The notes below the pieces were generated by a model, which was given only the letters and a program-made list of their open reading frames with translations, ran no database searches and had not been told where the DNA came from. DNA of 64,000 nucleotides from an uncultured Nitrososphaerota archaeon (GTDB taxonomy: Archaea > Thermoproteota > Nitrososphaeria > Nitrososphaerales > Gagatemarchaeaceae): positions 224,001 to 288,000 of the forward strand of contig CAWISW010000001.1 in NCBI GenBank assembly GCA_963838925.1, read 5' to 3'. Made by a program: the position numbers and the translations under genes. Below, one piece after another: positions 10,578 through 19,973 of this stretch (positions are counted from its first letter, which is position 1; the number at the start of each line of letters is the position of its first letter).

Positions 10578-11591
10578 TTGAAGACTGTCGCGCTGATCAG
10601 GGGCGACGGCACAGGCCCCGAGCTCGTGGACGCGATGCTCCTCGTCCTGAAGGCCAGCGGGGCCAAGGCGGAGTTCGTGACCTGCGACGCGGGCGCCGAG
10701 TGGTGGGAGAAGCACGGCGGCCCCAGCATGATCCCCGAGGAGACCTGGCGCACCCTCGAGGACGCGGACTGCTGCTTCAAAGGGCCGACGACCACCCTGT
10801 CGGCACCTGGCACACCGAGGAGCGTGGCGGTGAGCATCAGGCAGAGGTTCGACCTCTATGCCAACGTGAGGCCCATCAAGACCTTCCCGAAGCGTGTCGG
10901 CCCGCTCGGTGCGGTCGACTTTCTCATGGTGCGCGAGGGGACGGAGGGGCTCTACTCGGGGATAGAGTACAAGCTGAGCGACGACGTCGCAATCGCGATA
11001 AGGCTGATCACCAGGAACAAGTCGACCAAGGTGACCAAGTTCGCTCTGGAAGAGGCCAAGCGCCGGAGGTGGAAGAAGCTCGTGGTCATCTGCAAGGCCA
11101 ACATCCTCAAGGTCACAGACGGGGTCTTTCTGGAGGCGGCCCGTCGCAACGCGGAGGCATACCCCGGCATCGAGTTAGAGGAGGTCTTCATCGACAACTT
11201 CTCGCAGCAGCTCGTCAAGAACCCGCAGAGGTTCAACAAGAACGTGATAGTCGGGACGAACCTCTTCATGGACATACTCTCGGAGGAGGCGGCCGGGCTC
11301 GTCGGGAGCATCGGGATGATCTACTCCGCGAACTTCGGAGACAGGTACGCGATGTTCGAGCCCGCCCACGGGAGCACGCCCAAGTACGCAGGGAAGGACA
11401 AGGTCAACCCGACGGCGACCATCCTGTCCGCAGCTTGGATGCTCGAGTACATCGGCGAGAAGAGCGCCGGCAGTGCCATCTTCGACTCCACCATGAAGGT
11501 CGTCTCCTCGGGGAAGAGCGCGACCTACGACCTCGGGGGCAAGTCGGGGACCAGGGCGATGGCCAAGGCCATCGCGAGCGGCATCCGCTGA
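10578..11591 (+). CDS. Isocitrate/isopropylmalate dehydrogenase family protein
   Basis: GDGTGPE, LYANVRP, EPAHGS and NPTATILS motifs. Confidence 0.92.
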   Translation: MKTVALIRGDGTGPELVDAMLLVLKASGAKAEFVTCDAGAEWWEKHGGPSMIPEETWRTLEDADCCFKGPTTTLSAPGTPRSVAVSIRQRFDLYANVRPIKTFPKRVGPLGAVDFLMVREGTEGLYSGIEYKLSDDVAIAIRLITRNKSTKVTKFALEEAKRRRWKKLVVICKANILKVTDGVFLEAARRNAEAYPGIELEEVFIDNFSQQLVKNPQRFNKNVIVGTNLFMDILSEEAAGLVGSIGMIYSANFGDRYAMFEPAHGSTPKYAGKDKVNPTATILSAAWMLEYIGEKSAGSAIFDSTMKVVSSGKSATYDLGGKSGTRAMAKAIASGIR

Positions 11592-11595
11592 CCCT

Positions 11596-12327
11596 CTAGC
11601 CTCGTCGCAGCTGCCTGACCGTGTCCGGGGGTATCGCCCTGAAGACCCCTATCGCCAGTATGCTCCCGATCACCGTGAAGAAGACCCTCTCCGGCGGATA
11701 GGCGTAGAAGATGATCTTCCAGAGGCCCTGCATCCCCGCGGCAGAGTAGGTCTGGTTGATCCTCACGTACACGTTCTCCGTCATGATGGCGCCGGCCACG
11801 TGCGCGTTCATCGTCGAGAGGAACACGATCGAGGTCAAGATGACGGCCTGCGTCACGATGCTGACGCCCCTCTTCTGCATGAAGGACAGGGCGACGAAGA
11901 CCACGAGCGACAGCGCGTGCATCCAGAGGAAAGGGACAGGGACGCCGTCGACGTTGACGACCGTCGCGGAGAGCGGGTCGAGCATGTAGACAGCGTACAT
12001 CGCGAGCGAGAGCGCGGCGGTGACCTTGACCTGGCCCTTCATCGCGTAGCCCGCCGTGACCGCGGCTATCACGCCCGGGATGAAGTCGAGGCCGTCGAAG
12101 GCCACCGGGTGCCCCAGTGCTATGCCTGCGAACGTCCCGACGAGGACCGCCAGCCCTCCCTCGAAGGGGCCGAGGACCATCCCCGCCAGCGGGCTGAACA
12201 CCTCGGCCATGGTTAGGAAGCTGAGGTTGCCGACCAGCCTGGAGACCGGGATGAGGCTCAGGACCGCGTAGATGGCCGCGAAGATGGCTATGGTCGCGAG
12301 CCTGCGCGTCCCGATCCGGGATTGCAA
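11596..12327 (-). CDS. ECF transporter S-component-like membrane protein
   Basis: IAIFAAIYAVL N-terminus, LAGMVLGP motif, about 6 TMs. Confidence 0.6.
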   Translation of the reverse strand: MQSRIGTRRLATIAIFAAIYAVLSLIPVSRLVGNLSFLTMAEVFSPLAGMVLGPFEGGLAVLVGTFAGIALGHPVAFDGLDFIPGVIAAVTAGYAMKGQVKVTAALSLAMYAVYMLDPLSATVVNVDGVPVPFLWMHALSLVVFVALSFMQKRGVSIVTQAVILTSIVFLSTMNAHVAGAIMTENVYVRINQTYSAAGMQGLWKIIFYAYPPERVFFTVIGSILAIGVFRAIPPDTVRQLRRG

Positions 12328-12483
12328 TGGATTGGAGCCAGACCGCCTGAAGGCATCTTAAACGTTTGAGGAGAGGGTTGACGCAAATGCGATAATTTCG
12401 CTGTCCGTGCGCGGACTCGCGGGGCCGATTAGTTTCGCCGAACTCCTAAGGTTTTAAGGCCGCCAGTGGGCCGGGCCGACGGA

Positions 12484-13053
12484 ATGGCTGAGACCGAGGA
12501 CCAGCTCAGGCGGAACGCTGAGCTGAAGCTATGGATGGAGACGAGGATAGGCGAGCTCCAAGAGGAGATCGACAGGCTGAAGGAGGCGCTCTCCGTCATA
12601 GACTTCGTCCTCCGCGCTTCAAGCTTCAAGCCCGCGGCTCAGCTTGCCGCGAGCGCCCCCCGAGCCGCCCCAAGCGTGACCGAGGAGGCCGAGCCAGAAC
12701 CCATCCCTGAGGTACGCGAGCTGCGGAGGGACAAGGGGGGCGAGACGATAGCAGTCGCGGAGGTGACGCGAAAGAGGCTCAAGATCGAGCCCGTGGCGGA
12801 GGTCAACCTGAAGGCTGACACGCCCCCGTTCAAGTCGTTCCTCCTCGGGAAGATCCTCTCCGGGATGAAGTCCGCGGACGAGGACTCGGTCTCGAAGGGC
12901 CGCCTGAAGAAGGGAGACGAGCTGAGCTTCACGCTCGCGGAGAAGGGAGGGAGGATCTCGGCGCTCGTGATCGAGAACTACCGGGAGAAGGAGAGGATGA
13001 ACGAGATACTCAACACGGTGTCCTGGACTTTCTCCAGGATGCTAGAGAAGTAG
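12484..13053 (+). CDS. Hypothetical protein with N-terminal coiled coil
   Basis: Host-like codon usage, TATA-like ttttaag upstream. Confidence 0.7.
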   Translation: MAETEDQLRRNAELKLWMETRIGELQEEIDRLKEALSVIDFVLRASSFKPAAQLAASAPRAAPSVTEEAEPEPIPEVRELRRDKGGETIAVAEVTRKRLKIEPVAEVNLKADTPPFKSFLLGKILSGMKSADEDSVSKGRLKKGDELSFTLAEKGGRISALVIENYREKERMNEILNTVSWTFSRMLEK

Positions 13054-13069
13054 ACGACCAGCTCGGTCG

Positions 13070-13597
13070 TCAGCACGTGAAGCTCTCTGTGACGCTCTTC
13101 TTGGTGAGCTTTGGCGTCAGCGTGACCTTCACGAAGCAGACCTTGTCGAAGGTGCCGTTCTTGAACTGCAAGAACCCGCTCATGTTGTAGTTCTCTCCGT
13201 TCCTAAGGCTGACCTGGTAGTGCCCAGGGTTCTCGTCGAGGTTGTAGACGGTGCACATGTTCGTCAGGTTCATGACCGGGGGAGCGAGGCAGTCATACGA
13301 GGGCTGCAGACCAGGGTCGGGGCACTGGGTGTAGACCCATTCGTCGCATGCGACGAGGCCTACGATGGCGACCTGACCTCCGTCCGACGAGGTGAAAGTG
13401 CCGCTGACGCTCACGTCGTAGGGGTACGCAACATAGCTGATCGAGGCTACGTACCCTATCACAATCCCAACAACGATCACCACGGCCAGGACCCTCCACC
13501 AGAGCCGGTAGGAGTCCTTCCCGACCTCGATGGTGGGCTCCTGCCCGTAGTCCGACTCCTGGCCGTGGTCAGAGAGTCGCATCCCTGTGAATCTCAA
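13070..13597 (-). CDS. Single-TM Cys-rich surface protein, paralogue A
   Basis: One TM, 6 Cys aligned with the adjacent paralogue. Confidence 0.8.
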   Translation of the reverse strand: MRFTGMRLSDHGQESDYGQEPTIEVGKDSYRLWWRVLAVVIVVGIVIGYVASISYVAYPYDVSVSGTFTSSDGGQVAIVGLVACDEWVYTQCPDPGLQPSYDCLAPPVMNLTNMCTVYNLDENPGHYQVSLRNGENYNMSGFLQFKNGTFDKVCFVKVTLTPKLTKKSVTESFTC

Positions 13598-14151
13598 GAA
13601 GTTGAGCCCGCTCGGCTCCCGCTTGAATAAAACGGTTCTTAGCGATTCCTCAGGACGATGTCAGTCGCCTAGCAGGTGAAGTTCTGTGTGGAAGTGCGGG
13701 CGGTCATCAGGGGGTAGAGCACTATCGTGACCGTGCACACCTTGTCGAAGATCTCCCCGGGGAACACCATGTACCCCTTCATCGTGTAGTCCTCTCCGTT
13801 CTTGAGTGAAATCTGGTAGTGCCCGGGGTTGTCCTCCATGTACACCTCGGTGCAATAGTCGGTCATGTTCATGACCGGGGGCGCTATGCAGGTGTCGACG
13901 GGCTGCTGCCCTGCGTCGGGGCACTGTGTGTAGACCATGTCGCTGCACTCGTAAAAGTCCACGAGCAGAGCCTTTGAGCCGTCCGAACCCGTGAACGTCC
14001 CCTTGACTTCCACGCTGTAGGGGTAGGCCACGTAGCTGATCGAGGCTACGTACCCTATCACAATCCCAACAACGATCACCACGGCCAGGACCCTCCACCA
14101 GAGCCGGTAGGAGTCCTTCCCGACCTCGATGGTGGGCTCCTGCCCGTAGTC
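13434..14151. repeat. 119-bp perfect direct repeat (13434-13552 and 14033-14151)
   Basis: Base-by-base identity from tagctgatcgagg to ctgcccgtagtc. Confidence 0.92.
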
Positions 14152-14196
14152 TGTCTCATGATCATAGTCGGAGAGGGCCGACCTTGTGAACCTCAA
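13669..14196 (-). CDS. Single-TM Cys-rich surface protein, paralogue B
   Basis: Same length (175 aa) and Cys pattern as paralogue A. Confidence 0.8.
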   Translation of the reverse strand: MRFTRSALSDYDHETDYGQEPTIEVGKDSYRLWWRVLAVVIVVGIVIGYVASISYVAYPYSVEVKGTFTGSDGSKALLVDFYECSDMVYTQCPDAGQQPVDTCIAPPVMNMTDYCTEVYMEDNPGHYQISLKNGEDYTMKGYMVFPGEIFDKVCTVTIVLYPLMTARTSTQNFTC

Positions 14197-14256
14197 CTGC
14201 CTACGTGGAACGCGCTGTCTGGGCGTTAAAAGCCGTTCTTCGCGCGCCCCCGAACA

Positions 14257-14772
14257 TCACTTTCTCACGGTGATCCCGCGGACCATCTCGAGCCCCTCCA
14301 GCTCGCCGATCACGCTCCCTCCGACCGCCCCCTCGACTATCAGCGTAAGGTTCGCGTCCCTCACCATGTCAGGGTCGTCCGCGAGCGCCTGCCTTACGAC
14401 GATCCCGTGCTTGGCGAGGACGCCCGTCACCTTGGAGATGACCCCCGCGGCCCTCGGGTCGGCCTCGATTATGATCGCAGAACAGCCGATGCTCGAGACG
14501 ACGTGGAGGAGGCTGGCCCCCACCGGGGCCACGCCCGAGAATATCGAGAAGAGGAAGGGGTCCCTCCTGATCTTGGCCGCGGTCTGCTTCACCACCCTCC
14601 TGTCTGTGCCCGCGTCCCTCGCGAGGGCCGAGTAGTCGACCTCGAGCCCGCCCACGAAGAGCCGCTCGTCCTCCGAGACCCTTATCCCGTACTCGAGCAT
14701 CTTCCTGACCACCTTCAGCCTCGAGCCCTGCCTCGCGAACTCCCTCTCGATCGAGGGCCAGAGGCCCTTCAG
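14257..14772 (-). CDS. ACT-domain amino-acid-binding regulator
   Basis: DRRVV and GIVVRQA motifs; reading frame extends to a CTG at 14772 with GGAGG 6 nt upstream. Confidence 0.8.
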   Translation of the reverse strand: MKGLWPSIEREFARQGSRLKVVRKMLEYGIRVSEDERLFVGGLEVDYSALARDAGTDRRVVKQTAAKIRRDPFLFSIFSGVAPVGASLLHVVSSIGCSAIIIEADPRAAGVISKVTGVLAKHGIVVRQALADDPDMVRDANLTLIVEGAVGGSVIGELEGLEMVRGITVRK

Positions 14773-14826
14773 CTGGTTCCTCCGCGCGGTCGTTTCTCCG
14801 CGTGCACCCCCGTGTGGTCTCTCGGC

Positions 14827-16197
14827 CTAGCTCCCCTGAGGGGGGCTTTGGCCATACGCCTTGGTGACGGAGACGCCGTCCACCAAGACCCACGGGCAGA
14901 GCGTGGGGGTGTCGACCTCCCACCATTGAACCCACTCTCTCTCCTTCGAGAGCAGGCGTATCGAGGAGAACATCCTCTCGAGGCTGTCGCTTATCCTTAT
15001 CCCCTTGATCGGCGCCTCCACCTCCCCCGACTCTACGAGGTAGGTACCGTCCCGGGGAACCGTCGAGAACTCGCCCGTCCGGTAGTTCTTGAAGCGGGTG
15101 TACCAGTTGCTGGTCAGTATCAGGCCGTGCTTCATTTCCGCGACCATCTCGTCGTAGGTCGAGTCTCCCGCGCCGACCTCCAGGTTCCAGGGGCCCGGCT
15201 CTATGAGGCCTGCGTTCCCCGTGCTCTTTGTCTTGAACCTCTTGGCGGTGGACAGGTTGTGCAGGTATCCCCTGAGCACGCCCTCCTCGACGAGCTTCGT
15301 CGACTGGGTGGGCTGGCCCTCGTCGTCGAAGGTCCTAGAGTCGAGGCATCCTCCCCCTCTCCCGAGGTCGGTGAGGTCCAACTCGGCAGAGGCGACCTTC
15401 TTCCCCAGCTTCCCGACCAAGTACGACGTCCCGGCATCGATCGAGAAGGCTGATGCGAACTCGCCGACCAGCCCGAGAAGGTTCGCAGCCACTGTCGGGC
15501 TCATCAGGACCTGGTATGTCTTCTCCTCGCCGGTCAACTGGGTGGCGTTCCTCATCCGCTTCGAGTGCCATCCCGCCCTCGTCCCCGCGATGTCTGGGTG
15601 GAAGTCCTTCACGGAGGCGGCGCACGATAGCCCGTGCCCGCTGGCGTCCCTGTCTGTGAACGCCCTGATGTTGAGCAGGATTTTGGAGCTCGTGTCGCTG
15701 CCCACAGTGCCCGTCGACGACATGATGTGGTGAGTGGTCACCCCGGCCTCGAGGCTCCCCGCCGTCCTCCTCGCTCCCGCCGACTCTGCGGAGTCGATGG
15801 CCTTCTCAGCGAAGCCAGCGATGAGACCCTCGGCGCTCTCGAGCCTCCGGTCGTGGCTGGGCCTCGGGCGGTATGCGCGTCCCTTGGAAGGCAGCGCGAC
15901 GTACCCAGGGTCCTTGGGGATGCTCATCATGCTCTTGTAGAGGAGCCCGATGAAGCGCTCGAGGCTAGCCCTCTCAGGGTTGGAGGAGCTCCCGATGATC
16001 CGCCTCCCGCCCTTCGCGAGATAGACGACCTGGCCGCTCTCGTTGACGTTCTTCGTGACGGTCACAGAGCTGTTCGCGAAGCTCGCCATGCGCTCGTTGG
16101 AGATGACCGTGATCAGAATCGCTTCGTCGGCCCCGACCTTCTTGGCGACGCCGACGCCGAACTCGTTCGAGTCCTCTGGGTCCATCAGCTTGGCCAA
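14827..16197 (-). CDS. TldE/PmbA family protein
   Basis: FDDEG and STGNA motifs, lacks HExxxH; adjacent to TldD. Confidence 0.88.
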   Translation of the reverse strand: MAKLMDPEDSNEFGVGVAKKVGADEAILITVISNERMASFANSSVTVTKNVNESGQVVYLAKGGRRIIGSSSNPERASLERFIGLLYKSMMSIPKDPGYVALPSKGRAYRPRPSHDRRLESAEGLIAGFAEKAIDSAESAGARRTAGSLEAGVTTHHIMSSTGTVGSDTSSKILLNIRAFTDRDASGHGLSCAASVKDFHPDIAGTRAGWHSKRMRNATQLTGEEKTYQVLMSPTVAANLLGLVGEFASAFSIDAGTSYLVGKLGKKVASAELDLTDLGRGGGCLDSRTFDDEGQPTQSTKLVEEGVLRGYLHNLSTAKRFKTKSTGNAGLIEPGPWNLEVGAGDSTYDEMVAEMKHGLILTSNWYTRFKNYRTGEFSTVPRDGTYLVESGEVEAPIKGIRISDSLERMFSSIRLLSKEREWVQWWEVDTPTLCPWVLVDGVSVTKAYGQSPPQGS

Positions 16198-16201
16198 GGC
16201 T

Positions 16202-17656
16202 CTAACCTCCGCCCACCATCCTTACGCCCGCGAGGAGGGTGTCCGGCCCTCCCGTCCAGACGGGGATGCCCTGCATGGGGTCGCCCTTCCCGCAGTTCGC
16301 CGCCTCGAACTCGAGCCGCTTGCTTCTGCCCCTGACGCTCCCCCAGAGCGCGGGAGTCGTGATCTCCAGTATCGGCGCCTTGACGAGGTTGGTGGTCTCG
16401 CCTTTCTCAATGCGGTAGGCCTCCAGGCCTGTGTACCTCTGGTTCAGGCGCTTGTCGTCGATGTTCCACTCTGTGAACGACTTTAGGTATATCCCGTCCT
16501 TGACCTCCTTGATGAGCTCCTCGGTAGTCGAGTAGTCCCCGGGCTCCACGAAGGTGTTCGACATCCTGATTATCGGCTCGCGGTCGAACCCGGACGACCT
16601 CGAGGCGCCGTTGTTGCTCACCTTGAGGAGGGACGAGGTGGCCCTGTTCTGGAGGAACTCCGATATCTTCCCGTCCACTATCAGGCGCCTCTTCCTCGCC
16701 TCGACGCCCTCGTCGTCGACAGGCGAATAGCCGTTCGAGTGCGCGAGGGTAGGGTCGTCGCTGACGTTAGCCTCGTCGCTCCCTATCCTCGTCCCGAGGC
16801 TGGTCTTCGAAAGGTAGGACTCGCCCGCCTGGGCCCCTTCCCTCCCCAGAATCCTGTCCGCCTCTTGAGGGTGCCCCACCGACTCGTGGGCCGCGATCCC
16901 TGAGAGCTCCGGCGAAAGGACGACGTCCATCATCCCGGTAGGCGCCTTCTCCGCCTTCTCCAGGACCTCCGCCAGGGTCTGCGCCTCGGCCTCGACCAGC
17001 TCGAGGAGCCGAATCCTCTTCACGATCTCCAGGCCGCCCGTCTCGCCCTGCTGGATCATCCTCTGGGCCGCGTCCCCTCCCTTGAGCGCGGTGAGTATCG
17101 CGAAGAAGTTGAAGCGGGGGACCCTGCTCTCGACCTTCCCGCCGTCGCTCGTCACGATGTACTTCTCCTCGACTCCGGCAGACGCGACCATGATCCTGTT
17201 CGGTATCTTCACGCCCTTCGTCCCCGACCCAATGCGCGCCGCCCTGCCGTCCGCGTCCATGAGGAGCGACTTTAGCCAGTTCGGGTCCGCGCCCTCGACC
17301 GGAACCTTCTCGGCCACCCTGACGTTCCTCTTGGCGGGCTTCGAGTCGCCCATCCTGATCGGCTCCTTCACCAGGCGCGAGGACGACCTCGCCATCTTGA
17401 CCGTCCTCTCGGTCATGTCCTTCACCTTCTCCTTGGAGAGGAGGTTGGTCGCGCTGAACCCCATCGCGCCCCCGACGATCACTCGCGCTGCTATTCCGAA
17501 GCTGTCCTCGAGCATCGACGGCTGGGGCTCGCCGTTCTTCAGCATGAAGCCGGTGCCCGTCCCGCCGTGAATCCTCGCTTCGGCGTACTCGGCGCCGAGC
17601 CTCCGAGCCTCTCGGACGCAAAAGTCAGCCAGGTCCTTGTAGTCTCCGCGCAACAA
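16202..17656 (-). CDS. TldD family metalloprotease
   Basis: HESVGH zinc motif, DDEG, RMSNT, CGKG; start trimmed to TTG. Confidence 0.9.
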   Translation of the reverse strand: MLRGDYKDLADFCVREARRLGAEYAEARIHGGTGTGFMLKNGEPQPSMLEDSFGIAARVIVGGAMGFSATNLLSKEKVKDMTERTVKMARSSSRLVKEPIRMGDSKPAKRNVRVAEKVPVEGADPNWLKSLLMDADGRAARIGSGTKGVKIPNRIMVASAGVEEKYIVTSDGGKVESRVPRFNFFAILTALKGGDAAQRMIQQGETGGLEIVKRIRLLELVEAEAQTLAEVLEKAEKAPTGMMDVVLSPELSGIAAHESVGHPQEADRILGREGAQAGESYLSKTSLGTRIGSDEANVSDDPTLAHSNGYSPVDDEGVEARKRRLIVDGKISEFLQNRATSSLLKVSNNGASRSSGFDREPIIRMSNTFVEPGDYSTTEELIKEVKDGIYLKSFTEWNIDDKRLNQRYTGLEAYRIEKGETTNLVKAPILEITTPALWGSVRGRSKRLEFEAANCGKGDPMQGIPVWTGGPDTLLAGVRMVGGG

Positions 17657-17724
17657 GATGGTCTCCCCCGCCCCTCTCTCGAGGAAGGGCCGTCGTTCGT
17701 TATTTCTACTTTGCCGTGGTAATG

Positions 17725-19047
17725 CTAGACGTCTATCCACTGGTTCCTGGCCGGTAGAATCCCGACGTCCCGCCTCTCCATCGCGAACTTCAGGAAGAGC
17801 TCAGGGTGCTCCGTGTGGATCGGCGCGACCCTCGTCGCCCCTATGCTGCTGACCAGGCTCCTTAGCTGCTGAGGCATGATGTGCCCGGAGACGTGTATGT
17901 GGTAGAGAGGCATGCCGTAAAAGTCCAGCCACTCTATCAGCCGCTGCATGTCGAGCTCCATCTCCTCGTTGTAGGGCTCAGACGACGAGAGTATGTAGAC
18001 GCTGCCGGGGCTGGGCTTGACCCCGACCATGCCCTCCATGTCAGAGAGGGACGTGGCGACGACGTAGCTCTTCGGCGAGGCCGTGAGGTCGTCCGCCGTT
18101 ATCACCTCGGCCTTCGCCGAGACCTCCTCCTCCCACTTCTCGTACCTCTTCTTGTTGCGCCTGTAGATCACCACGCCGCTCTTTGCCAGCTTCGGGAGGC
18201 CTTCGATGTGCTCGTCCCCTTCGAGGACGGAGATGAGGTACGCCTGGCGCATCGATATGGCGAGCTTGCGCCCGGTGGCCTGGGCGGCACCGTGGAAGGA
18301 GGTGAGCCTGTCGGTGTCCATCCCGGAGAAGCTTGCCATCACGAGCCCCTTCGCCTCGCGGATCACTGTCTCGAGCTTCCTGGCGACCTCTTCTTCGCTC
18401 GAGACGGAGCCCCCGACCATGTTGGTGGCCTCCGTCAACAGGAGGCTGGGGTCGCTCTTCGCGGCCGCTCGAGAGAAGTCCTGGGTCAGGTGGGCCGCCC
18501 TCCCGTGAGCCCTGAGGTCGCCGGTGTAGACGAACGACCCCGTCGAGGTGTCGACGACCAAGCCGTAGGCACCGGGGATGCTGTGGTCGACGTGGACCGG
18601 CCTGAGCGTGATGCTCCCGACCTTCATCGCCGCTCCGCTCCTGAACGTCCTGTAGGCGAGCCCGCGGTAGTCCGTCTCGAAGGACGCCCTCTTCGTGTCG
18701 GTGATCGCCCCCATCAGCCTCTTTGTGGTCTCCCCGCAGACGACGGGGACCTCCCTGTGCACCATCGAGAGGTATCCGTAGTGGTCGAGGTGGGCGTGGC
18801 TGAGGAAGATCGCGTCCACCTTCGCCTCCGCGGCGTCCCAGCTGTAGACGCCCTCCACCTTGGGGATTATCCCGAGGCTGAGCAGGCTCTCCGGCCGCCT
18901 GGGTGAGACGTACGGGTCGGAGAAGAACCGGGCACGCTGGGAGATCGACATGCCAAAGTCGAGCAGCACCCTCGTGCCCTTGTCCTCCACGAGGATCTTG
19001 TTCCCCCCTATCTCGCCGACGCCGCCGAGGACAGAGACGCGTGCCAC
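17725..19047 (-). CDS. Metallo-beta-lactamase/beta-CASP hydrolase (RNase J-like)
   Basis: GGVGEIGGN, HAHLDH, VDHS, GDLR, HVSGH, PIHTE motifs. Confidence 0.88.
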   Translation of the reverse strand: MARVSVLGGVGEIGGNKILVEDKGTRVLLDFGMSISQRARFFSDPYVSPRRPESLLSLGIIPKVEGVYSWDAAEAKVDAIFLSHAHLDHYGYLSMVHREVPVVCGETTKRLMGAITDTKRASFETDYRGLAYRTFRSGAAMKVGSITLRPVHVDHSIPGAYGLVVDTSTGSFVYTGDLRAHGRAAHLTQDFSRAAAKSDPSLLLTEATNMVGGSVSSEEEVARKLETVIREAKGLVMASFSGMDTDRLTSFHGAAQATGRKLAISMRQAYLISVLEGDEHIEGLPKLAKSGVVIYRRNKKRYEKWEEEVSAKAEVITADDLTASPKSYVVATSLSDMEGMVGVKPSPGSVYILSSSEPYNEEMELDMQRLIEWLDFYGMPLYHIHVSGHIMPQQLRSLVSSIGATRVAPIHTEHPELFLKFAMERRDVGILPARNQWIDV

Positions 19048-19107
19048 GTCGCCTTGAGCGCCCGCAAATATTTAAGTGGCCCAGACGGACCTTGGCAAAG
19101 TGGCCGC

Positions 19108-19239
19108 ATGGTCTCGCCCCGTCTTCTAGCCCCCCTTGTCTCGCAGTCTGACCTTTCTCAACCGCTCGTCATCCTCGCAGTCGCCATCGGGCTCGCAGGG
19201 GTGGCCATCCTGATCCTCTTCTCAAGAGGAAAGATCTAG
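19108..19239 (+). CDS. Small single-TM protein (43 aa)
   Basis: TATA-like atatttaag upstream; hydrophobic helix followed by basic tail. Confidence 0.5.
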   Translation: MVSPRLLAPLVSQSDLSQPLVILAVAIGLAGVAILILFSRGKI

Positions 19240-19278
19240 GGAGCCTTACCTACCAATCCAGCTGGCGGCGATGGGGAC

Positions 19279-19965
19279 TTGCTCAAGGGCGTCATCTTCG
19301 ACTTGGACGGGACCCTGATCACCCTCCACGTCGACGGAGCGGCATTCAGGAGGGAGATAGCGAAGGAGCTCACCCAGAGCGGGTTCATCATCGACTTCAC
19401 CGAGGCCGACTACAAGGGGCTCTACGTCCAGGGCATGCTCGACCTCGCAAAGTCACAGATCGACCAAGGCCTCGTGAAGGCAGACTACGAGCTGGTGAAG
19501 AGGAGGACGTTCCATGCCCTCGACGAGCTCGAGCTGGATTGGATCAAGCACTCGCGCCTCCTCCCAGGCGCGGAGGCGATCCTCTCGAGACTGAGCGGAG
19601 AAGGGAAGGTGCCGATCACCCTTGCGCTCCTGACAAACAGCGGCAGGGCAGCCACGAGGTACGCGATGGACAACCTGGGCTTCGACAAGTACTTCCACAG
19701 GTCGTTCACGAGAGACGACCTCCCGGCAATGAAGCCCCGGCCCGACGGCATCACGGCGGCGCTGAGGGAGATGGGCATGGGCGAGCGCGAGGTGCTGTAC
19801 GTCGGAGACAGCCCGACCGACATCATGGCCTCGAGGGCGGCAGGGATTCGGATAGCCTCGGTGGCGACAGGACACTACGAGGTCGAGGCGCTGCGCCAGC
19901 TTGGGCCTGACTTCGTCCTCGGGTCGCTATCGGACCTCGAGGAACTCATCCCCGAGCTGGATTGA
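19279..19965 (+). CDS. HAD family phosphatase (phosphoglycolate phosphatase-like)
   Basis: DLDGT, TN, KP and GDS motifs. Confidence 0.9.
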   Translation: MLKGVIFDLDGTLITLHVDGAAFRREIAKELTQSGFIIDFTEADYKGLYVQGMLDLAKSQIDQGLVKADYELVKRRTFHALDELELDWIKHSRLLPGAEAILSRLSGEGKVPITLALLTNSGRAATRYAMDNLGFDKYFHRSFTRDDLPAMKPRPDGITAALREMGMGEREVLYVGDSPTDIMASRAAGIRIASVATGHYEVEALRQLGPDFVLGSLSDLEELIPELD

Positions 19966-19973
19966 CGAGCGTC

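Noticed and set aside
12328-12480. Riboswitch upstream of the ECF S-component gene
   Set aside because: No recognisable TPP or other aptamer consensus; the TATA box is close to the start.
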